Positions 56,598 through 64,000 of a stretch of 64,000 nucleotides of DNA are shown here, in pieces. The notes under the pieces were generated by a model. It ran no database searches, had not been told where the DNA came from, and saw only the letters and a list, made by a program, of their open reading frames with translations. The stretch comes from Ophelia neglecta (taxonomy: Eukaryota). The number at the start of each line of letters is the position of its first letter. Within the stretch, counting starts at the first letter, position 1. The position numbers and the translations under genes were made by a program. Location: positions 57,598,001-57,662,000 of the forward strand of contig OZ260665.1 in the NCBI GenBank assembly GCA_965285935.1, written 5' to 3'.

Positions 56598-59500
56598 AAC
56601 ATAAGTGGCAGACAGTGCATTAGAGCCTTGTGTTTTCGTAGGAAACGAGCACAAAGCGGCACACAGGCTGCTGCCAAACCGCCATTCAAGTTACCATTGT
56701 GCCGTGAATCACTATCAAATCCTTACAGTTTACTCAATAAACAACCTCAGCATTCAGCAATGTTTGGCTTCAATTCAGGCCAAGATATTGGTCAGTGCAA
56801 ATCAAATGCTTTGAAAAGAGGGTTGATATTATACTTAGACGAGGTATACAGAAAGCTAACTCCACAATGCTCAATGGTATTGGCTGTCGCGTGGCAGTGT
56901 GTGGGTTGACTTTTTCAAAAATGCGATTTTAACTTTGATAAACAGCCTCGGATTGATTAGTGCATTTAATTAACATTGATTAGATGAAATTTATACAGTG
57001 ACATGTGTGCTTAGCAGGGCACGGATAATGGTTTGATCGAATTGCATGCATATACCGACTTGACTGTTTTATGCGAGAAGTTTGCCAGTTGGACTACATT
57101 ATTGCTAAATGGTGTTGCCACATCTATAGGCTATTTGGAGAATAAACGGCCTTATTCTCCTAATTAGCTGTGAAGTTGAACTGTCAAGAGTTGCACATGA
57201 ACACTACAAAAATATATTGTGAAAGAAAAGAAAAAACGTTAAAACCTCTAGCTCTGCTCTTTCGCCACCGTTTTAGGCCAGAACATAGTCTCGTTTTCTT
57301 GATCTCTCACCTGCCATCTCGGCTAACATGGAGATGAACAAAAGCATCGCTGTAACCCAAACGGGCCGACGAGACCTCGGCGTGTACTCGAATTCGAATG
57401 GGTTTACTCTCCCGATAACTATAGGCCAAGCTAGTGTTTCCATATGGTAAAATAGAGGGCATATTTACCAGTGATGTTTGCTCATGAAGATTTCCAAGTC
57501 AATGCCTTTTGCAAGCATTTGTCTATTTGGCTTTCATTTAAGCAGGGGTATTTGGTCACATTAAGCGAAGCTAAAAAGGCTCCAAATAGGGGAAATAAGC
57601 TCTGTAAATATAACCCTGCCTGACATGGAATGCTGGGACAGCGAGGTACAGATCTATAGACGGTGGCGAGCTTTTTTGGTGACATCGTGGTAGTATCCTT
57701 CATTATATCTCGGCCATGCAGTCAAATACCAGCCTAGCCAAGCGGTAACACCTTCCCATGCCAGCTCCACATACCATCTCAGCTGTGGCTGATACTCTAG
57801 CTGCAAACATGGCACGGCATGATGAAGAGATGACGCTTTACAAAATAAACTAACCCTCCCGATATCATGTAGTTGGCCTATGCCGAATGCTTACCTACGA
57901 AATGATTCGCGTGTACCCTAACAAAATTTTGCGCCGTTATAACAAGCAAGCGTGAAAAGGTTGTTTATCCTAGCGTCTGGCTAGAACAAACTATGGGCAA
58001 TGAGCAGCAGATGTGTCGGCCGAGTGGTAGGCAGCCGGGAGCAGGCAGATCGAGGAGGAGAGCCAGTATCGGACCCGAGGCAAGCGATGATGATACAAGC
58101 CCCGAGGGAATAGCCTCGCCTCAGTTTCCATTTGAGTAGAACTGAGTCGACATAGGCATGAGTAACACTTGCTCCGTTATTAACCAAGCAGACGTGAGTA
58201 CTGAGAACCCGTCTGAGGTCACGGAGGTCAGCCCTCTCTAACATCACCACGAAAAGGCGAATTGAATTCCTGCTCACTCGGGTATCTAGCCAAGTCAACG
58301 TCAAAACCCAATAATCCCTCCGGCTCGGGCTCTGATTGTGCTCACCAATTGGAAAATTAACTCTCAAAGCAACAGGACCAGCCTGAATGCGGGCAGTGGT
58401 GTAAGCTCGTCGGCCAATGTCACTTTGGGGACTCAGTGGTGTTTGGGGGATTTTCGTCTGCTCGTTCAGAACTACTCAAGCAATATTCACCATACGACAC
58501 AGGTTCTGATACCATTGAGCACATTAGTTTGAATACAATGTCTCGTTTTGTTGACATTCACGGCCATCTTGTGGTTTCTCGCCTTGTTATATCGCTATCG
58601 AGATTTGCCAGGAAGAACCCAGTCAATCAACAGCGGCGGAAAAAGATCATTACATCTCCTGGATGCCATGGAGTAGGCACGTTAACAAACAATCGGAGAA
58701 TGGTAAATATTGCCATATTTACGGAATCGGGCACTTGGTTGATACAACTGTGAGGGAAAATCAATGCTTGGCATGAAAAAACAACTGACAGAGTCACCCC
58801 AGCAGACGCCTGGGCGATGTTAGGGGTAAATGTTACCAGTTGGCGGGCTAATTCACACTTTCAATTACTATACGATAAGCCAACACGCTACCGACGATTA
58901 CTTCCCGAGAGCATGACCTCCCGACCCTCAGAAAGTAGCGTTGCCATGTCGAAAGAGAGCCGGGCATGGCTAGATTGTCCCGCAAGTACTGGGTTATCAC
59001 ACTCGGCAACACTCTCCCGTGATCACCTTATACTTCACAGCTACTCGTGGTAAATCGTTGTAGATAGCGGGCACTATTCGACTTAATCATGAGTAAATAC
59101 TCTTAGTATTGACGACCTCTCATCGACAGATAGTATACCCCCACTGTACACATAATAAAAATCACCCAACCACATGTCATTGGGTGTCTCATCCAAATCA
59201 TTGAGTTTGGTTGAAATTAGGTACGATTCCTCATGTCGGGTACAAATTCAATTCGTGATCAAACTGCCGTTAGGCTCTATTTGACTATTTCAAAGCGTTT
59301 TCACTGATGGTGTGCAATGAAAGGGCACGTTTTTGTTAGAATTTGCTTTGTAATGAGGTGAGATGCGGGCTCGACCAAACGAGTTTTGTCCAACCTTTTT
59401 TTTGCCCTTGATGTTGCAGTAGCATAGTTTGTTTTACTTGCTTTCACACTGAGCTGCAATAATATTCCATTGATTGGAATTTAACGATCGAATGTACTCC

Positions 59501-60651
59501 CTGAAAACATGATCGATCCATTCATCCAGAATATCCGATCACCAAAGAGTCGACAAACCATTGCATAGAAAACCAACCGATTGCCTGTCATGTGACTTAT
59601 TACAACAAAAACCCTAAAAACAGCTAAAACTCTCCAAGACTTCAGTCGAGAGTTATATAACAATCAGCACATCTAGCTCGACCAATACTGGCTTTAAACT
59701 TCCTATTGACTTCAGAAACTATACAGACTCACACAAGAAAGATATTTCCCAGCTGGGCCCTGTTGAAATTAGTACTAAACTATATTGAAATCCGACCAAT
59801 TCTGATTTTATCAGCCGAACCCGCCCAGTTTGAACCAGACAAGTTTTGACCCAATAGTATGGTACACAATTATCCTGTTTCACTTGTGATATCTGGATAC
59901 ACTTAGTCCGAGATTTAGTCTAGTAACTGGACATTTGCAACTATATAGTAGGCCTACCTATGTACACGATATGGTAATGACCAGTCTTTCTTGTTTTGAA
60001 TATATATGCATGCGTACAGATACGTGGCATTTTCAGGACATACAGCAGCATATCCATCTTTACACCCACGATATCGTGCTGCATGGAAAAGGTTAAAAGC
60101 TCTTGAGAATACTGCATTTTATTTCAGATATATTGGTCAAAGTCTTACTTATAAAGGTTTGGCGAGATAAAATCACCTGCATATAGTCAAAGGAATTGAA
60201 TGTCCATTATGGCGACCAGATCAACCTGGAATAGAAAGAGCGCCCGCTACGCCCTGAATCCCTGTCTCGATATTTCATCAATAATTAAAATACAAGGGAA
60301 GAGGCATGGTAAATATTTTAGTAGAGATCGGATGCCGACTGAATGGAGTGGGCTTGGTGTGTTTTCAATTCAGCTGTCGTATGGCAAATATAAATAAGCC
60401 TACGGACAATCCATACTCGCTAATATGTTATGTTTTGCCGATGAAATGGTGAACTGCGTGCCTCGTAAGCATTGTTTGGACACTGATGGGAAAATAATAT
60501 GATATGGTGTAAAGAATCACCAGGGATGAGAATAGATCGAGTCTGTTTGCAGTTCAGCACATAAATAGATACGGAAGGCGTTAGGTGTTACGTCAAATGA
60601 TATAAATATCAAGTATATATATTTATATAGTTGATCAGTTGACAAAGCTTA

Positions 60652-61518
<867 letters not shown>

Positions 61519-61618
61519 TCACCGCCACACAAAAGTACTACACCATCAGATTTGTCCTGCACTTAGTCGAGTCTGCCTTAACAGTGATATTCCAACAAAC
61601 ATCCGCGCAACCAGCTAT

Positions 61619-61650
61619 CTGAATATAAAAGTAAAACACAACAAGTTAGT
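61619..61650 (-). other. Strong branch point + polypyrimidine tract + 3' splice site in the 5' leader
   Basis: Minus strand reads ACTAACTTGTTGTGTTTTACTTTTATATTCAG|ATAGC; an exon would start at 61618, 124 nt before the ATG. Confidence 0.55.
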
Positions 61651-61695
61651 CCTCAACTGACATTGGTGGTGTTGCTTCTGAGGGGCAAACTTTCC

Positions 61696-61790
61696 AACTG
61701 ACTTGTTCAACACGCGAACGCTACATTGCAATGAAACTCCACACGTCAAGGCGAACCGTGCGCGCCGCTCTAACCGCTGATTGGTCGTCA
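61696..61790 (-). promoter_or_regulatory. Candidate proximal promoter of HS3ST: CCAAT box, CRE-like site and initiator
   Basis: Minus strand shows GACCAATCAG (CCAAT at 61784-61780), a CpG-rich patch, TGACGTGT (61748-61741) and Inr-like TCAGTT (61701-61696) about 80 bp downstream of the CCAAT box, the usual spacing. Confidence 0.5.
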
Positions 61791-64000
61791 GTATAGGGGG
61801 ACGGACTACTTTCAAAAGGATCCACTGGTTGCATTGTGTATCGGGGGCCAATGGCGGACAAGCCGCTATCCTCGGGCCTGTCATTAACTTGTCGGTCATG
61901 TACATTCATCAGTAATTAGCAATGGAATAAACAAGCTGAGTGGCTGTTCTATCTAGTGAGCTACCACCCCAACGCACATAAAGAAATGGTCCCCAAATGC
62001 TGCGTTTAAGCGTTCTTCCTAATAGCCTAGCATGAGCTATTCATATTGACCTATTGGTGAAGGAAGCTACGTCCAGGCATATAACAATACCTGAAACTGT
62101 CAAGTTACTTTCTACTCATATTTCATTATAATGATTATACCTATTATATGTCTATTCCCCATAGGCTTTAAGTTTATGGTTTAGCCTCAGCGTGACCACG
62201 ATTGTGGACCATCCCCGGAGACCTCGAATTACTGTCAGGGGATTATTACTATTAATTTAACTTGTATTAAATTCTTGGTTTAAGTCTGTTAAATATCTAA
62301 ACTACAAAGAAAAATATTACTTGAATGTGCAATGAAAAACTTTTGTAAACAGCTTAAAGTTCCATGTTAACAGCGAGGTTTTGATTTGGATGGGCTTAAT
62401 TCATGAATTTTGCCAAATGGTCTTATAATGCGTTAAGCCTATGGATGGCTTTGAGTGGCGTTCAAACCATTGTATCATGTACTTGAATAGGGGAAAGAAC
62501 AAATAGTTTAACCGACACATAATACTGACAATACCATTATCCGATTAGGATCAGAAACAAGTGTTCTGTCGTTGCTCAGGTAAACATATTATGCGGTCGT
62601 TATATCCTAACAATTAAAACCCAAATCATATGTAAACTGCAGTGTTTGCCGAGCCCGGACGAAATGAATATGTCGAGCAGGTGCAAACGAGCGACGCGTT
62701 CTCCTGTTTCACAATGGTCAGTTTCTGACACGAGCGACCTGCGATTGGTTAAGTTCAGTAGGCTTAACCAAAATAAGTAAAGTCCACTGTATGGTAATGT
62801 ACATTTAATGAAGGAATCGTAAAATAGGACATAACTCTGCCTTTGTTTCCTTGTACAGTGGGACATGAAATCATATCATTTTTGCAGCATGCTTACTGAC
62901 TCCTACCGTTTATTAAAGAGCGCGTTGTTCAGCTACCAGTTGCTTAATGACAAGTGCTACCATCTAACGATTAAATAAAAACAACGGCGAAAACTGGGCG
63001 CTTTTCGGTCCTCCGTCCGTTAAGCACGCATGTGCTGACATCTGGCGAATGATCTGACGCCCTACTATCAACGCCAGCGTTGTCGGACAGACCTCTTGAC
63101 ATCCTTGAGACCTACAGTAGGCACACCAATACTTGAAACAGTTAAGTGCGTGGATTTTATAACCGGTTGATAGTAGTCATGAATGATAATGAAATTTAAC
63201 ACATTATGAAAGGTCCTTATATTAAATTCGCATGCACTGGGCATATAAACCTTTACTAATGTCTTGTGGTATTCGTTGAACCCGCTTGAAAGACTCGTCA
63301 CCTCGACCACTAATCGAAACACCAATAAATGGACCGGCAGAAAAAAGTCACTGCGACAAATCGTGTTGGTAATTTCCGGCATGACGTTTAGAAGGGTAAT
63401 TATGAATGATGATATATCCAGCATGAAAGCGACGATTGCTCTGATAACACTTTGTTTACGTGGGCCTTTTTCAAGCAAGAACCTTACTGATTAAACATGA
63501 TATGAAGTATGACCATTTTTGAAGTTGCAGTTATAAATACCCTGGTTGTGCTAATAAAACGCCATCGATAAAAACAAATTAGGCTGCCAGGAACCGACAA
63601 CGTCAATATGTGTTTACTAAGGTTATGTGACTTGCACTTCAGCAAGCATATGATTGCAACATATATTATCAAAAATGTCAATCCACGCCTACAAAATTAG
63701 GAAAGAATGGCTTGGTAACTAGACAAGGGAACTTACATTGAGAGATAGTGCTCATTCAGATAAAATATTAATACAAAATAGTAAGGTAATAAGCTAATGT
63801 GTTCCTTTTCCAGAGTATTAATGATGCTTTGTTTTGTATGGCCTTGGGATCTCGGCTGTCTCGCGGCGTATTGAGATTTGAGTAGTGCGCTGCCGAGGGG
63901 TGGGATTAGTCGGATTAGCCACGAGCGTGATCTACCATAGAGCAAGGCAGTATTGAGCCATATAGTCAGTCGAGCAATGAGGATTACATCGGAGGGAGGG

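Noticed and set aside
58013-58090. tRNA A-box-like TCGGCCGAGTGGTAG (similar hints near 8290 and 57735)
   Set aside because: No B-box (GTTCRA) at a suitable spacing and no cloverleaf; cannot call a tRNA or SINE.
63068-63945. Three consecutive minus-strand ORFs upstream of HS3ST
   Set aside because: No motifs, AT-driven residue composition and no coherent splice structure.

Overview
Animal genomic DNA, AT-rich with canonical GT-AG splicing; probably an invertebrate bilaterian, but the taxon cannot be fixed from this window. Only one protein-coding gene is well supported: a minus-strand heparan sulfate glucosamine 3-O-sulfotransferase of the HS3ST2/3/4/6 (invertebrate HS3ST-B) group. It has two coding exons (61494-60653 and 28534-27916; 486 aa) split by a 32,118-bp phase-2 intron. 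Around it I see a candidate CCAAT/Inr promoter, a strong 3' splice site and several uORFs in the 5' leader, and proximal and distal poly(A) signals implying a 3'UTR of about 0.8 or 6.8 kb. The region 1-21 kb has no recognisable gene but carries five diverged copies of an unidentified ~100-190 bp repeat, two of them forming a head-to-head inverted pair. Nearly all other ORFs in the track look like chance ORFs. I found no transposase/RT ORF, tRNA, rRNA or intact ribozyme, and I cannot support a claim of a new biological system. The findings are testable leads, mostly on regulation of the HS3ST gene.
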